DNA from: the human T2T-CHM13v2.0 reference genome, Homo sapiens
DNA: 64,000 nucleotides
NCBI RefSeq assembly: GCF_009914755.1
Contig: NC_060935.1
Reading direction: 5' to 3' (one strand)
A program made the position numbers and the translations under genes. The notes beneath the pieces are model-generated. The model saw only the letters and a list, made by a program, of their open reading frames with translations, did not search any database and was not told the origin of the DNA. This document shows positions 15,177 through 29,899 of the stretch, piece after piece (within the stretch, counting starts at the first letter, position 1; each line of letters opens with the position of its first letter).

Positions 15177-15505
15177 TGTCTTAGTCTGCTCAGGCTGCTA
15201 CAACAAAACATCATAGACCAGCCAGCTTATAAATATAAATTTATTTCCCCTAGTCCTGGAATCTGGAGTCCAAGGTCAAGGCACTCTTACGTTTGGCGTC
15301 TAGTGGGGGCCCGCTTCCTCAAAGACAGCTGTCTTCTCCCTGTAACCTCACATGGGAAGGGGCGAGGGATCTCTCTCTCTGGGTTATCTTGTATAAGGGC
15401 ACCAATAGCCTAACCCTCCAAAGGTTCCATCTCCTAATACCGCCACCTTGGAGTTAGGATTTCAACATATGGATTTAGGGAGGACAGAAATCTCAGTCCA
15501 TTGCA
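15177..15505 (-). mobile_element. MLT1A-type MaLR solo LTR
   Basis: tgtcttagtctgctcaggctgctacaacaaaa...ttaggatttcaacatatggattt...cagtccattgca with TG/CA ends. Confidence 0.85.
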
Positions 15506-15649
15506 TTTTTCTAATGATGTTACTTCTCTATGGAAGGCTTTTCTGACCTCAGACACCTTGGCAAGATATTCCAGCTCATGCTTCATTTGAATCATGTACT
15601 CATCTTTAAAGCTCACTCATTTAGCATTCAGTTTTTTAAGTGTTGTTTA

Positions 15650-16250
15650 TTGGTCTCCCCAGGCAAGGTTATCTTTGCTCACTACTGTATTCAGGCACAT
15701 AGCAAGTGCCTGGAACATAAATGATAATAAATGACAAATGAATGCCTCTTATCTTTTCTTGCCTTATTCTAACTTAATTACTTTAGACATCACTTTATCT
15801 TACTATTTTAAACTTTTTATTCCAACTTTAACTTTGTGTTTATTTTTCAAGTCATTTTATAATTTAAATGTTTATTTTAGCATTCCTAATCCTCATTTAG
15901 GCTCTTCAAATTCATCAAACTTGTTTCTACACTAAGGCCTTTGTTCCAGCTGTTTCCACTGCCTGGAAACCCTTCCTTTGATTTTATGTGACTGATTGCG
16001 TCTTGTCATTTAGATCTTTGCTTAACCTCTTATTTATAGTAGCATGTTTATTAGTTGGTTAGAATGTTTGTTGTTTTTGCAACTCTTACTATGTTTCCCA
16101 TTATGCATTTAATTTCTTTATTGTTTAATGTCTGCTCTTCATACTGGACTATGAGTCCCCTACAGACAGGAAACATCTTTTTGTTCACTAATCACTGCCC
16201 AGAAGAGAGCTGGGTATGAAGTTAACATTCAATAAATATTGTTAAAAAGT
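15650..16250 (+). mobile_element. L2 3' fragments
   Basis: gtgcctggaacataaatgataataaatg and cattcaataaatattgtt are L2 tail motifs. Confidence 0.55.
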
Positions 16251-16775
16251 TGAATTTGTAACCTCCTTGACTGCTTTGTTTTCTACCCCCTGCAGTTTTA
16301 TCTTTTACATATTTGTTCTTATGTTTTGTTTACTTTCGACAAAAACCTTAAAACTTTTTTAACCTTTGAATTATAGTGAGTTTTTATGTCTTACTGCTTT
16401 CATTTTGCTACCATATCAGCCATTCGTTTTTTTCATTGATTCATTTCATTAAATACACATGGTCAATTTTCTTGCCCTTTCATTTTTTTCTCAGGGAATC
16501 TTCCTGTAGCTCCTGCTTAATATAAATGGGATCATAATGACCTTCCTTCTGCCTGAGCTACAGTTAATCAAACAAGTGTGGTGGCTGGCTCAAAACTAGC
16601 CAATCCATAAACTAGCCAGCAAACTATAATACTTTCCCCATCTTGAGAATCTCAACAGAATCTATAGCTGGTCAAATGGCAGAAGACCATGTAGACTCAG
16701 CATTGACAGCCATTTTCTGCCTTGCACATGCTGGTTCCTAAGAAATGTGAGCTCCTCTTAAGAAACAAGCACAGA

Positions 16776-17168
16776 GACCAGGCATGGTGGCTCATGCCTG
16801 TAATTCCAACATTTTGGGAAGCCTAGGCAGGCAGATAATTTGAAGTCAGGAGTTCGAGACCAGCTCTGCCAACATGGTGAAACCCCGTCTCTATTAAAAA
16901 ATACAAAAATTAGCCGGGTATGGCGGTAGGCACGTGTAATCCCAGCTACTCACGACGCTAAGGCAGGAGAATCACTTTAACCCAGGAGGTGGAGGTTGCA
17001 ATGAGATGAGATTGCACCATTGCACTCCAGCCAGGATGACAGAGTGAAACTCTGTCTTGAAAAGAAAAGAAGAGAAGAGAAGAGAAAAGAAAGAAAAGAA
17101 AAGAAAAGAGAAAAGAAAAGAAAAGAGAAAAGAAAAAAAAGACAGAAAAAAAGAAAAAAAAGAAAAAC
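16776..17168 (+). mobile_element. AluSx-like with tail expanded into a (GAAAA)n array (~17060-17168)
   Basis: Alu dimer followed by a purine pentanucleotide repeat. Confidence 0.9.
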
Positions 17169-17969
17169 AGGAGCAGAACAGACATACAAAAAGAAGTTGA
17201 GATTAGAAAGCGGGGAGTTCCCCATCTGCCTTTCCACAGTTGACTTCTGTGAGGTTTCCCTGAATCCTTCCAATAATTTCTCTTTTTCTTGATCTACTTT
17301 GAGTAGATTTGGGTTTCATGCACCCCAAACTGAGACAGTCACCTTGTTAGAGAACAGAGGGGGCTGTGAAGGAAGCTCTGGCCCAAACGAGTGAGGAAGG
17401 GCTCATCCATATCTTTGACTGCCCCAAAACACTTCCTTCCACCTACCACATCTCTCCCCCAGTGGATTCCCTCAATTTCCCTCAGCATTGCTATTCGAAA
17501 CATCACCCCAAGTTATTCAGGAAACTCTGAGATTATAGCCCCTGTTGATGTGTAAACATCTTAAGGAGAATATGAAATAGAAGCTTGAACTAACACGTAC
17601 ATTAAAGTTTTTATTAATAATTAATTGAAGGTTAGGAGAAAGTGAGAAGCTATATTCCCACTTTATTCAGTTTATTGGAAAGCAAAAGTTTGTTGAGAAA
17701 ATATGTTAGGCGGAATCTTTATCCCTCTAACAAGAAGAGCTGAAAGACACAGCAAGTCAGTCTCCCAGGCACCAAAGAAGTAATGAATTTCAAAAGTCCA
17801 TGAATGTTTGTCTGTTCAAAGACATACCTTCTGAAGATTTTTAATTTTTTGGATTTCTTCCCTCAGCACCAAGATTTTCTATTATAGTAAAAGTTTTTTT
17901 TCAGTCATACTTATTTAAAATCCATTTCTCCCTGTCACAATATTTTCTATGGGCTTCCTCATTTAAAAA

Positions 17970-18050
17970 CAGAAGGAGGAAGAAGAATAAGAGGAGAAGG
18001 AGGAGGGGGAAGAGAGGGAGAAAAGGGAGGAGGAGAAGAAGAAGAAGACA
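17970..18050. repeat. Polypurine (GGA/GAA) low-complexity tract
   Basis: Directly visible. Confidence 0.85.
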
Positions 18051-18699
18051 ATGACCAAGGGAAGGTTTCAGGAGAGTTACCACATCCTTCCCTGGTATAT
18101 AACACAATTCTTCCAAATGTAAACTCCAGAACAGCAGAGAACTTGTCTGATTGCATCACCAGCACCTGGAAGAGCATATACATAGCACATCATAGGCTCT
18201 CAATACATTTTCACAGTTATCGAATTCAGATTACTATTAACAATGCCAATAAAACAGTTTTCTGATCACCAAAGCATAAAAGTAACGAGGAAGCTTTTCA
18301 AGGTTTGCAACCAGATAGATCACATAGCTGTTTTCTCAGCTGTTGTAAACAGTAGCAATAAACATGGCTACACAGTTTGTGAACCACAACGACCTTTTCA
18401 TTTATGTTTATATGAAAGTATCTTGAAATATGCATTGAATTTTTGCCATTGTTTTGGAATTTTTAGTTGTGCTTCTTAGCGTTTGAATTTACTATAAAAT
18501 TTAAATTTTGTGTATTTTCTAAGAAATTTGTGTTCTGAAATATGAAAGAAATGAAACAGTAGAGTCCATTAGGACACACCATCTTAAAGTAGAAAGAAAA
18601 AAATGTACAAGCTGATTCTGTGTGATAAAATCATAAGCCCAAAGAATTACAAAATCAGAAGACTGGAGGTCAAGACATCTACTTTAGTCTTCTAGCTTC

Positions 18700-19500
18700 T
18701 AGAGTAAGAGAAAGGATCTACAGATTTGATGATATAAAGATTGAAAATCTCTTATATGTCAATGGAAAATTTTAAAAATATTAAAAGGTAAAATAAAATT
18801 GTGGGGAATATTTGCAAGAAATGTTAGTGAAATAACTTTATTATATCTAAGGGCCTTATAAAGCAAAATAAACACAAAGACTATAACAGATTGAATAATT
18901 AGAGGACACATATTAATCAAGTTACAAAAAATTAAAAGCAATTAATAACTGAATATATAAAATTTTAATAACTCCAATTATAGCAATGTAGTAATTCATT
19001 CTTTGTAGCAATAATGAAGTAATATCTTTCGTATCATATGTCTTCATGATTTTACACATTGCTAACTGGTGAGTAATAAAACAGTAACTCTTCCATGTAG
19101 TTGGTAGTATTATATACTGCTTCCAACCTTTGGGAAACTGGAAATCAAGAGCTTAAAAATAATTTTATTGACATGCATTAATCATATGTCTAGGAATTCA
19201 AAATATAAAAAATGTCAAATCCAAGCAGAAGTTAATCACAGAATTACTTATACTGATTTAAAAAATGGATATAAAGAACTTAATTACTCAGCCCTGGGAA
19301 AACAGTGAAGCAAACTCTGATATAAATTTAATGAAGTATTATACAATCATTAAAAAGTTTGGTTTTAAACACTGTTCAAAGTGCACATCAAACATTAGCT
19401 GAACAAAGCTAGATATATAAAATATCATGTGGATGTGGATGTTTATTACAATGATCTACAATAAATATACATAAAACTTTTCTGGAATGAAATACACCAA
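18700..19500 (+). mobile_element. Old L1 (L1ME-like) 3' fragments
   Basis: A-rich degenerate L1 motifs (gaatatttgcaa, ttggtagtattatatactgc, ggaatgaaatacaccaa). Confidence 0.45.
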
Positions 19501-20619
19501 ATAATAATAACAACTACAAGAACAAAAACAAGCTAAATGCATAGAGATCCATTCCATTCAAATTAACACAAGTCTATACCCAAAGAGCCAGGAAAATATT
19601 CGCCTCTACATACAAATAAGTGAAGTAAACAAATCTATCTTTAAACATTTAAATATTCAAAATATAATGAAATGATGGCTCAGTACTACCACAGGCCACA
19701 GAAACTTTCTGTGGTAAAAATAAAGAATGGGAGGGTCCTATGAAGAAGTTGATTTATGCTTTAAAAAAAGTGTAACATAGGTTGTCTTTTAAAAAGTTTT
19801 TACAAATGGTATTTTATTACAAATAACTTAAGCTCTGGCACAGTAAACCCACCCACATTTTAGAAAACCCCAGTGTCTTACAATAAAGCTAAATCCATCT
19901 TTCTACAATCTCTTACCTTTTATTATAGGCCATCGGTAAAGATGAAGTTATAATCTTTTATAAAGCTTTAATGCTATATAAATATATAGTATCATATTAT
20001 AGTAGAATGTTTTGTATTATATTACCAAATCTGATTATAGATACTTTTGCCTTCTAAAAGTTTGAATGAAGTGCATAAATTATATTCATGAGAAAAAGAA
20101 AATCTCCACCCTGAGTCCTTCTACTTACTGTGAAGGATAAAATGAAACAAAAAACTTTCCAAGATTTTACCACTTCTACATTGTTAGAGAATATGACCCA
20201 GGGTAGACAGTACTTTTTTAGAAGAGTACTTAAATTAGTTATTGGTTTTGGAAAATATTGTTGGAAGTAAACATGGAAATAAAAATTAAATTGTTCTGAA
20301 TGTATATTATAAGAAATTATTATGTGATTGTGTCTTGAAGAAGCAAATAAAGGAATCAGCCTGGCAGCATGCTGGAAGATATTGAGGAATGTGGCCAAAT
20401 CTCTGTGGTGGGATGGTAGAAAAACTTTTTTAAAAAGAGCTGTCTAATCTTGAATTGTATAATATGTTCAATGTCTGCAATGCAAAAACCCTTCTGTAAA
20501 TAAAGCCTACTTTGATGTAAAGGCTTTGTGAGTGGTTTGAGGAAAAAATAAGGAAAAGATGGCTCTATTCCTCATCTGAGTTGACGGTAAAAACTGGTAA
20601 ATAAGAGACACAATAATAT

Positions 20620-21120
20620 GGAATGTTTGCAGAGCTGTGAGCTCTGGGAAGGCAGAGGGCATCTGTCATATTCATCAATGCCTAGAAATTGAGCCCATAA
20701 CTGAGCAGATCTCTAATAAACCTGTGCCAAAAGAATTAACAAATTCTGCCATCAACCTACAAACACCAAACACAGGAGTGTAAGAACACAGAGAAAAAAG
20801 TGCTGAATGCTTCCCAAAAATGTGGGAGAAATATTTCTAAAGAAGGTTAATTGAACAAGGTGTAATTTGTGCAAAATTTTGAGTTCCAGAAAAAAAAGTA
20901 GGATGAATGAATTCTAGCCAGTGGGGACAGTATGTACAGGAGCACAGAGGCATGAAATGAACTGGTATGTCTGGGGATCTGAAGATTGTTTGGTGTGGCT
21001 CAATCTCAGGGTATATGTGAAGGAGTGCCAGAAGAGAAACTGAAAGGCAAGCAGAGGACAAATCCTACAGGCTTTGTGTGATACGTCATGCTATAGGGTT
21101 TCAACATTTTCCTATAGGAA
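20620..21120. mobile_element. L2 fragments (+ tail ~20630-20740; - ~20830-21120)
   Basis: ctgtgagctctgggaaggcagagggc...ctaataaa; gtttggtgtggctcaa. Confidence 0.55.
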
Positions 21121-21931
21121 GATGACTCTGTATATATATTTTTAAATAGGATTATTATCTTTTGTTCAGGATGCCACACTCTGATAAATACAAATTACTA
21201 AAATAGCCTGTGTGGTAATTTCGGTTGGGATACACTTTTTTTCCACGCTAATCGAGAAAAGCAGCAGTTTTCACCATCCTAGGCATGTCCATTTAGATGT
21301 CCAGAGGTATGGGGGCATTCCAGCTCACACAACTTCAGAACATGAGACTAAGAGACGTCCCTGCCTGTCATTGCTGTACCAGCAGAGATCAGATGATCCA
21401 TGAGATAAGACTGCATTTCTTTCTATTCATAAATTGATACACATACCATCATAATTGAAATCCTAATGCATATGGGAGAAAAAACTAATTAGGATCATCA
21501 GAATGTAGCACTGAAATATAAGGAGAGCAGGGAAAGAACCTCCAGGTCTTTTGATTATCATATGCCTAAAATCTGCATACGCATGCTCATCTGGATAGCT
21601 ACCATGAGCTATGTGGTCCTTATGTTCCATCTGCAGTTGCCATCTTTCTTCCCCCACCTCTTGATTCTCCCACTAAATAATTATTTAAAAAAAAAAAAAG
21701 CAAGGAATGGCAAGGGAAGGAAAGAAAAATTGTATTACTGTATTTTGCAGCCTGAAGCAAAATTGACAGCTCAAGCTTTCTTACTCTCATAGATGCTATG
21801 AACTTATCCTGATATTAGTGACATTCTAAGATATTTATACAAAACTGTGACAATGAGGAAGATCTGGGAAGCAGGTCACGGCGACCTAGTAAAGAGGACA
21901 GGGAGAGAGGACAACTGACAGGAAGTCCTAG

Positions 21932-22480
21932 CATAAGATCTTGATCTGGGATCCACAGACCACCAGCAGGATTATAAAGAGATTTCTGGGATCCATGAAG
22001 TTGGATAGGAAAACATATCTGATCTAATTTTTACTTGTCTCTAACTGAAATTTAGCATTACCTTAAACTATAAATGTAAATAACAAACACACTACTGTGT
22101 GCAATACATTTCACTTTATCAGCAAGAGAAATGACAGATATTTTAATATGGCATTATAGTTATTGCAAATGTCTTGGAATATAACTTATACTCATCAATA
22201 ATTTGAAGTTATAGTAGTATTTAGACGTAATCACTATCTCCATGTATACAGATGTTGACCCAACTGGTCATTGCTTTCCAGTATACTCTGTCTAAAATTG
22301 CTTATTGCTCAATACATGGAAAAGTATGAGTTATGTTAATGCTTTGATTATTTTAGTATACTTGTTATCTTCTGAAATTTTACATATTTTATTTTATGCA
22401 TTTAAAAGCATTCTGAGAAGTGTTCTGTAAGCTTCATTAGGCTTCCAAAAGGTCCATAAAACAAATATTTATTCCCTTCA
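21932..22480 (+). mobile_element. Charlie4a-like hAT DNA transposon
   Basis: ctggggatccacagac...tctaactgaaatttagcatt...ttctgagaagtgttctgtaagcttcattagg resembles Charlie4a; ~550 bp. Confidence 0.75.
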
Positions 22481-23339
22481 TCTAAATCATATCATCTTCT
22501 GGAAATTAGGAGGCATCAATTCTTATCCTCTTTCCTTCAGTATTCAACTTGATGTCATTAAAAGGTGGAGTCTAGGAAAGGGGAGAAGTTTGGTGGCAAC
22601 CACTACTTAGAACAAAAGCAGTAGGACTTCTAGCTCTCATGTCAGAAAGAAGTCAGGTCTGGAAGCCAAACTCTCTGAGATCTTTTCAACATTCTAAAAG
22701 CTTGTTCCTTTACTTATATAATTGCTTAAAATGATTTGCCTTCTGTAGTAACCAGCAAGCCCCTAAAGCCTACAGGACCTGTAGATCTTCCTTTAGAAGT
22801 AAATAGGAAAGATAGTACTAAAACAAGTCCCAAGCAACAGAGTAGAGGGTGGAGAATATGGAAGAAGCTTCCCAAAGGGGAGATAAGCACACTGGCAACC
22901 TTGGGCTTGTCATGGGAAAGGAAGAGGGCACACACCAATAACCATTCTGTGATTAGAGAAAGGGATGCTTAAGGCTAGGGACTACTTGTTCCTCTCTCAA
23001 CCTTTCTCAAGAAATTTTAAGGACATATAAAATATTCAGAGGACCTACTGTATATAACTGTTAGGAATATTTCCTTATTCTGATGCCAGCATCTGTTAAA
23101 GACTCCTGCATAAGATAACCACTGTGATCTACTTCTGATTGTGGAGTATGGCCATTGATTTTAGAGGTCCAAAGCCCCTGCATCACCCCCACCTCCACAT
23201 TACTCACTTCCCACTAAGTCCTATAAAAGACACAAAGCATTTCCACCCTGGTATAAAATGTCAATTCCCCAGAAGATCAGTAGAAACTTAGTAAGTCACA
23301 CTCTCAAGAAAACTGGGTTTTTGGAGAGAAAGGAATAAG

Positions 23340-23720
23340 GGAAGAAGGAGCATTTCTTTAGTGCCAGGCATGTAACGGATGTTTATTTTATTTAATCCTT
23401 AAGGCAATAATTTAAAGTAAATGTTACTGTCCTAATTTCCCCTCAAACTAAAACTCAGAGGTATTAATTAATTTACGCAAATTATAAAATAGTCAAGGCT
23501 ATTTGACTGCAAACCTAATATCTTATATCTATTACACTGTGCTATGCAGAATCATAAACAAGAGCTCAAACGACAGAAACAGATCCAAGCTTCTTCAACT
23601 TTATTGCATCATGATTTTGATCAGATCTTTTTATCTCTCTGGGTGTCAATTTCTTCATCTGTAAAACTTGGGTAACAATATTTACTTCACTTAGCACCAT
23701 TCACTTGACACATAATAAGC
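23340..23720. mobile_element. Two MIR fragments in opposite orientation
   Basis: aaactaaaactcagaggtattaatta (-); ctctgggtgtcaatttcttcatctgtaaaa (+). Confidence 0.55.
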
Positions 23721-24039
23721 TGACAATAACGGTTAGTTATTTTCATCACAACACAAGAGAAAAAACAAAACTCAGTAAGGGTGGGCAGCAGAAACCAAAG
23801 ACAGCAAGGCATGACCAAGTGTCTCATAGCATTTGCACAGCACTTTGACCCACTCAGTTTCAACTCAGGAAACATTTATTTCACATCCAATATACAAAAG
23901 GGACTTTGAAAAACATAAAAATGACTTGGAATCAGATTCTAATTTTAAATATTTATCCTCGAGAAATTTTTGAGATGTCATCTTGGGCTAGATGGAAGAG
24001 AACTGTAAAATTAAATATAAAGCAGAAACAGGTCCTCTA

Positions 24040-24425
24040 TCATACGGTATTGTAAATTTGGCTTCACATACCTGTCTCCATTCAGACTGAGTCCCTTAAA
24101 AGCAGAAACTCTTAATCCGCATTGTCTTCCCAGTGCCTGTCCCAGTGCCCTAAATACAGAAGTTACTTAATAAATGTTCCAGAAGGAAAGGAGGGAAAGA
24201 GGGAAGCAGGGAAGAAGAGTGAGTGGAGGACAAAGATGGAAGATCAGGAGTAGATAAGAAAGGAGATGGTCTACAAAGGAGGACAAAATTAACTGGGTAA
24301 AAACACTGTGGCATTTAAGATAACAGTTACCTTGAGGGATAGATTGGGACTTGGGTTTTATTCGTTGTGCCTGATATGTAGTACGAGTCAATGAGTGCTT
24401 GTGACTGAATAAGTGAATGAATAAA
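24040..24425 (+). mobile_element. L2 3' end fragments
   Basis: agactgagtcccttaaaagcagaaac...cccagtgcctgtcccagtgcc...aataaatgtt; gaataagtgaatgaataaa. Confidence 0.55.
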
Positions 24426-25244
24426 TAGCACAGGGGTAGGGATGAATCTTAAGAAGCAACAGTAGGGTTACTATGGGCATGCCATTTATCTTTCCTATTC
24501 TCAGACTGTTCACCAGACAAAATAAAGGATGAAACTGTGCCTTTTAAGGTCTCTTATTAACATTTCCATTCCCAAACTAATTTTGTCAGTTTATCTTTTG
24601 AAAAATATAAAACAGAGAAACTTTATAGTCTGCTAGATGATGGCTAACCCACATTTTATAATCCTATGCTACCCTCTGGCTCCATATAGATAATTTGCAA
24701 CACTGGGGCCATAAGAGTTATAGGCTCCACAACTTTTTACAATGTCTGAGACTCATCAAACATGTTAAACCAGAGAAATGTATCTAATGCCTTTTAAATG
24801 ACACACTTTTATGTCCCAGGGAACTAGAAAGACCTATACAGTAAAAATCAAGAGGCTGACATGAACAACCTTCTTTGATATCTTTTCTGAACTAGCAGCT
24901 CAAATGTTCTGCCTCATTAAGTAAAACTGCTTTCTTCTCCCTGTACTTTTGAAGAGACAGGACATAATACCTTTGAACTGAAAGACATTGAGAGATCACT
25001 CTCTCCCCTACAAATGTTGAGCTGTTGGATCACAGTCTGAAACAAATATGGTGAGCAGAGGGAGAAGAAAATATAAGATAGGAAGTTATTTAAACACAGC
25101 CCTGGCAGAACATCAAGCTAATCTAACAAATGTTAAAGTTCCCAGGGAGAAAAGAAAGGAAAAAGATAGGGAGGAATTGAGGCAGGGAAGAAGAAAAGAA
25201 TGAAATAATAAGGTAGGCAATAACTTGCAATTTTTGAAAAGGAG

Positions 25245-25670
25245 ATATTTACATTTATTGAGACGCATTCTGTGTGAAACACTGTGCCAGGCATTATGGA
25301 CACTGAGATGAATGGGTCACAGTCCTTGTTCATGAGCACCTCACAGTATAATGTGAAGATAGATAGGTTTGTATGCAAATGTTTTCAGTGAAATACAAGG
25401 GACATATTAGATGCACATCCACCACATGCCAAGACCCTCTTGGAGCTTTCAGTGAGTCAAAAATATAAAGAACAGAAATCTTGTGAATTCCAACACTGCC
25501 ACTTATCACCCATGTGATTTTTGCACAAATTACACAATTTTACTTAGTCTCAACTTCCTACTTGATAGTAGTACCTACTTCCAAAGACTGTTGAGGATGT
25601 TAAATAAGATAACATATGTGGAATTTTTATCTCAGTGCATGTGCCATAGAAGTTGTAGTGTGTTTGCTCT
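25245..25670. mobile_element. L2 (-, ~25245-25420) and MIR (+, ~25470-25670)
   Basis: acatttattgagacgcattctgtgtg...ccaggcatt; ctgttgaggatgttaaataagataacatatgtg. Confidence 0.6.
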
Positions 25671-26555
25671 ATTATTTGAGAATATTCAGTTCTATTCTAG
25701 AAGGCAAGAAAAAAACAGAATAGATAAAATCCATTAGAAATGTTAAGTTTAGACAGAAAGTTAGCAAATAGTTTGTATATCTTAGGCAGAATTCACAGAG
25801 TATGTTAAATATCAATGATAAGTCAGTTACTCACAAGACATGGTAAAGATGAATCAAATAAACAGAATATAGGAGAGAATAAATGAGAGTGCAACTAATA
25901 AATAAAAAGGGATGAAAGACAAATACATAAGACATGATCATGCCACCTCTAGACTAAATAGCTATGTTATCCAAAAATCAGATACCCAATATGGACCCAT
26001 TAGAGCTCAGGGTATCCTCTGCCCAAGAAACACAAATAAAAGTTACAACTGCTTGTTAAGCTAATTAGTAAGTTATAGCTATGCTATGTGTACTTATTCC
26101 TGCATTTCTATAAAAAAATCAACTGTGACTTTAGGCCCCTGGGTACTTTCTGTCTGTTGGTCCTCTTTGCTCAAATCTCAATTCTATTATTATTGAATTT
26201 TTAGGTATGATAGTGATATTATGTTGTATATGAGACTGTCCTTATTTTAGGAGATGCATGCTAAAGTATTTAGGATTTTTGTGGTGATATCAACTTAATT
26301 TTAAATAATTCAACCAAAAAATTGGTTAATTAATTAAAATAAAATTATACACATACAGAAAAAAAATCTCAATTCTAGTCCTTGTATACGCATCAGTGCA
26401 AATGGCTAATGCAGCAGAAAGACAAAACATATATCATAGCATATTTTAGGTATTGTGGTCTGTACATCCCAGTTGCATTTTATCCTAAGTGTATTAATCC
26501 ACCTGATCTCTTTCCCCCTTGCTTTTCTTTTCCTTGCTTCTCACCATATGTTTTA

Positions 26556-26894
<339 letters not shown>

Positions 26895-26914
26895 TTATGC
26901 AATTCGAGCATCTT

Positions 26915-26985
26915 GTGAGCCGAGATCGTGCCACTGCACTACAGCCTGGGCAACAGAGTGAGACTCTGTTTCAAAAAAAAAAAAA
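26915..26985 (+). mobile_element. Severely 5'-truncated Alu (last ~58 bp plus A tail)
   Basis: gtgagccgagatcgtgccactgcac...tcaaaa flanked by a 26-bp near-identical duplication. Confidence 0.88.
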
Positions 26986-27273
26986 AAGAAGCTATGCAAT
27001 TCAAGCATCTTAATTTGGTCTACAAAACCTTCTGTTCCATGACCTCTTCTGAGATAGCTTGCCTGGTTGTATCATTGGAGGCTGCCATTGCTTCAAGGTG
27101 ATTTCCTACATGTCAGAAGTTGTACATGTTAGTTCCCTTCCTTCTTCTGTCTTACTGAAGACAAATGAATCATAGTACATTTTGTAATTTATATGGGTTA
27201 TGTTTTTTCTATTTGACTCTATTTGTAAAAAAATAAAATATCTATCATTACATGCTACGCTCACAACTCATAC

Positions 27274-27914
27274 TGATACAGTAATTAAAAAGAAATTATT
27301 TAGGCAGATAATGAGGATAAGGAAGTCCTCGGTAAGGTGTTCCTTTTAATGAAAAGCAGCCCCAAAATTGTTTCTTTTCTAACAAAGAGCAGCTTGTAAA
27401 ATCAAGCTGCAGACATAGACAAGCAAGCTGGAAGCTTGCACAGGTGAATGCGGGCAGCCGTGCCAATAGGAAAAGGCTACCCAGGGCTAGGCATGTTCAA
27501 CATGGCGGCTCCATCTTCCCTTTTCCTTGCCAACCACGTGTACCGTAAGGAGCAGTCAACATTTCTGGCCAAGTAGAAAATCTATTTGCATAATAAAAAG
27601 ATTAGTGGGGTGGCCAGCTTCTTCACACGCCATGTAAACGTCACACCTGGTCCAACCAATCTTAAAGCCCTATGTAAATCAGACACCGCTTTCTCAAGCC
27701 TGTCTAGAAAGCCCCATGCACTTCACCACAGGACTGGAAGACCCACTCGGCAGCCCCTCTCTCTCTGCAGGAGAGCGAGTTACTTTCTTTTCTCTTTCTT
27801 TCACCTATTAAACCTCCTCTCTTAAATTCACTCCTTGTGTGTGTCTGTGTCCTCAATTTTCTTGGCATGAGACAACAAATGTCGGATATTACTCCAGACA
27901 ACCATGCTGCTTCA
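27274..27914 (+). mobile_element. LTR9-family (HUERS-P3) solo LTR
   Basis: tgatacag...aagaaattatttaggcagat...gagcagcttgtaaaatcaagctgcagacatag...attaaa...gctgcttca; TG/CA ends; 641 bp. Confidence 0.82.
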
Positions 27915-28480
27915 TTTCTGCATACACATCAGCCCACACAATGCCACTGCTATGGCTGTAGTACACTGGACTATACGGGTGGATTGATCCAACCAGCACC
28001 AGCAAACCATTGGCTGGCCAGTAACCTAAGACTTGTGAGACCTGGCTCACAAGAAAGATCAGCTGATCAGTCATATACATAATAATGTGGAGAATATGGA
28101 TCTAAGAAGTTAATGCCAATTATAAAGAGGATTTAATTAAAGTGAGTAGGCCATGCTATAGCTAAGGGCTGGAGAAGAATGCAGATGAAGAGATGAGTGA
28201 ATACTGCTCTGCAGAGAGAGGCAACTGAAAAGATCCACATAAAGAAACAGAGACATCACTGAAGAGTGACCACAGATTTCCCCAGGACCAAAAGAGATGG
28301 AGAAATGTGCCTTAGTTGCAACGTTTCATTTCCAGCTTTAGTGGGGCATAGCCATTTAGAAGTTCCCATTCTGTGTCCCCCATACAAACACAGATTATGA
28401 GAAAATTTCATTTATACTGTAGTACTTCTTTCTGTTTCTATTTCTTGCAACCAAATAAAGCTTCCATTCAAATATTACTT

Positions 28481-28543
28481 GTTCATTTTAATGTTTCTAA
28501 ATCTCATTTAGAAGTTCATTTTAACGTTTCTAAATCTCATTTA
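28481..28543. repeat. 33-bp tandem duplication
   Basis: gttcattttaa(t/c)gtttctaaatctcattta occurs twice. Confidence 0.92.
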
Positions 28544-29048
28544 CGCATCTTATTTTAAGAGTGCATATTGATGATAAAAATATATAAATCAATTGGTAGG
28601 GTATCACTCATGTATTTAAGTGTCACACTCAGTTAATATGCTATAAAAGGCACCAGCTGTGCAGACTGTAGTAAATTACAGTACTTGCTGATGACATTGA
28701 AGCAGCCAAGAGAACCTTGGGGCTCTTACACATTTTCTACCTTGAAAAATAAATCCCAACAGCTTTTCCAGTCTCATGAACTGGACGAGTTAATGATAGG
28801 GCAGAAAAGTAGCATATCCCCAAACTCAAATGCCAGCAGAAATTGTCATCAATTAGCAAACTAAGAGAGACAAGGAATGTTGCTCCTCCAGAAAACATAT
28901 TCCATTTGATTGTTCAAACACATTTGGTTGAGCTATGATTATTTTTTAGAAAAAAATTAATTAGCAAAAAAAAATCAATCTGCTTATCTCTTGATTTTGT
29001 GGGAAATGGACTGTTGAAGTTTGACAAGGTCAAATAAAAATGTAATTA

Positions 29049-29441
<393 letters not shown>

Positions 29442-29519
29442 CTAAAAATTATTTCTAACTTTAAAAATTATTTAAGTGGGGCTTTTTAAATGTTATTTAA
29501 CCCCATTGTACCTCTACTA

Positions 29520-29710
29520 CATTCTCAGCACTTTATCTGGGACTTTTAATACATAAATTGTTATCCCCATGTACAAAATAGTAAACTGAGATTGAGAGAA
29601 ATTGTATTACTTATATTGTTTGCCCAAAGATGCAGAACAAGCAAATCACATAGCTCATATTCTAATTAAATTGTGTCTGGCTCCAAACCTAGTTTTCTCC
29701 ATTTCAACAA
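29520..29710 (-). mobile_element. MIR fragment
   Basis: ttatccccatgtacaaaatagtaaactgagattgagaga. Confidence 0.6.
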
Positions 29711-29899
29711 GCTACTTCAACTCAATATGATGTGTTAAATTGATGCTATTTAAGCAATAAAATGTCTTTCAGCTTAATCATTTTTATGGAAACATGCTTG
29801 ACTGGCTCTTGCCTTATTTAAACACAATAAGCAGTTTAGACTTTTTTCACTGACTTGGAGAAACCATTAGGATTTCTTCAGCATGCATTGTGAATATAA

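Noticed and set aside
16958-18183. Lys/Arg-rich and Phe/Leu-rich ORFs resembling basic or membrane proteins
   Set aside because: They come from (GAAAA)n and (GGA)n low-complexity tracts.
21212-21792. Short ORFs in unique sequence as possible exon or pseudogene remnants
   Set aside because: No recognisable domain or splice context; lengths are within chance expectation.
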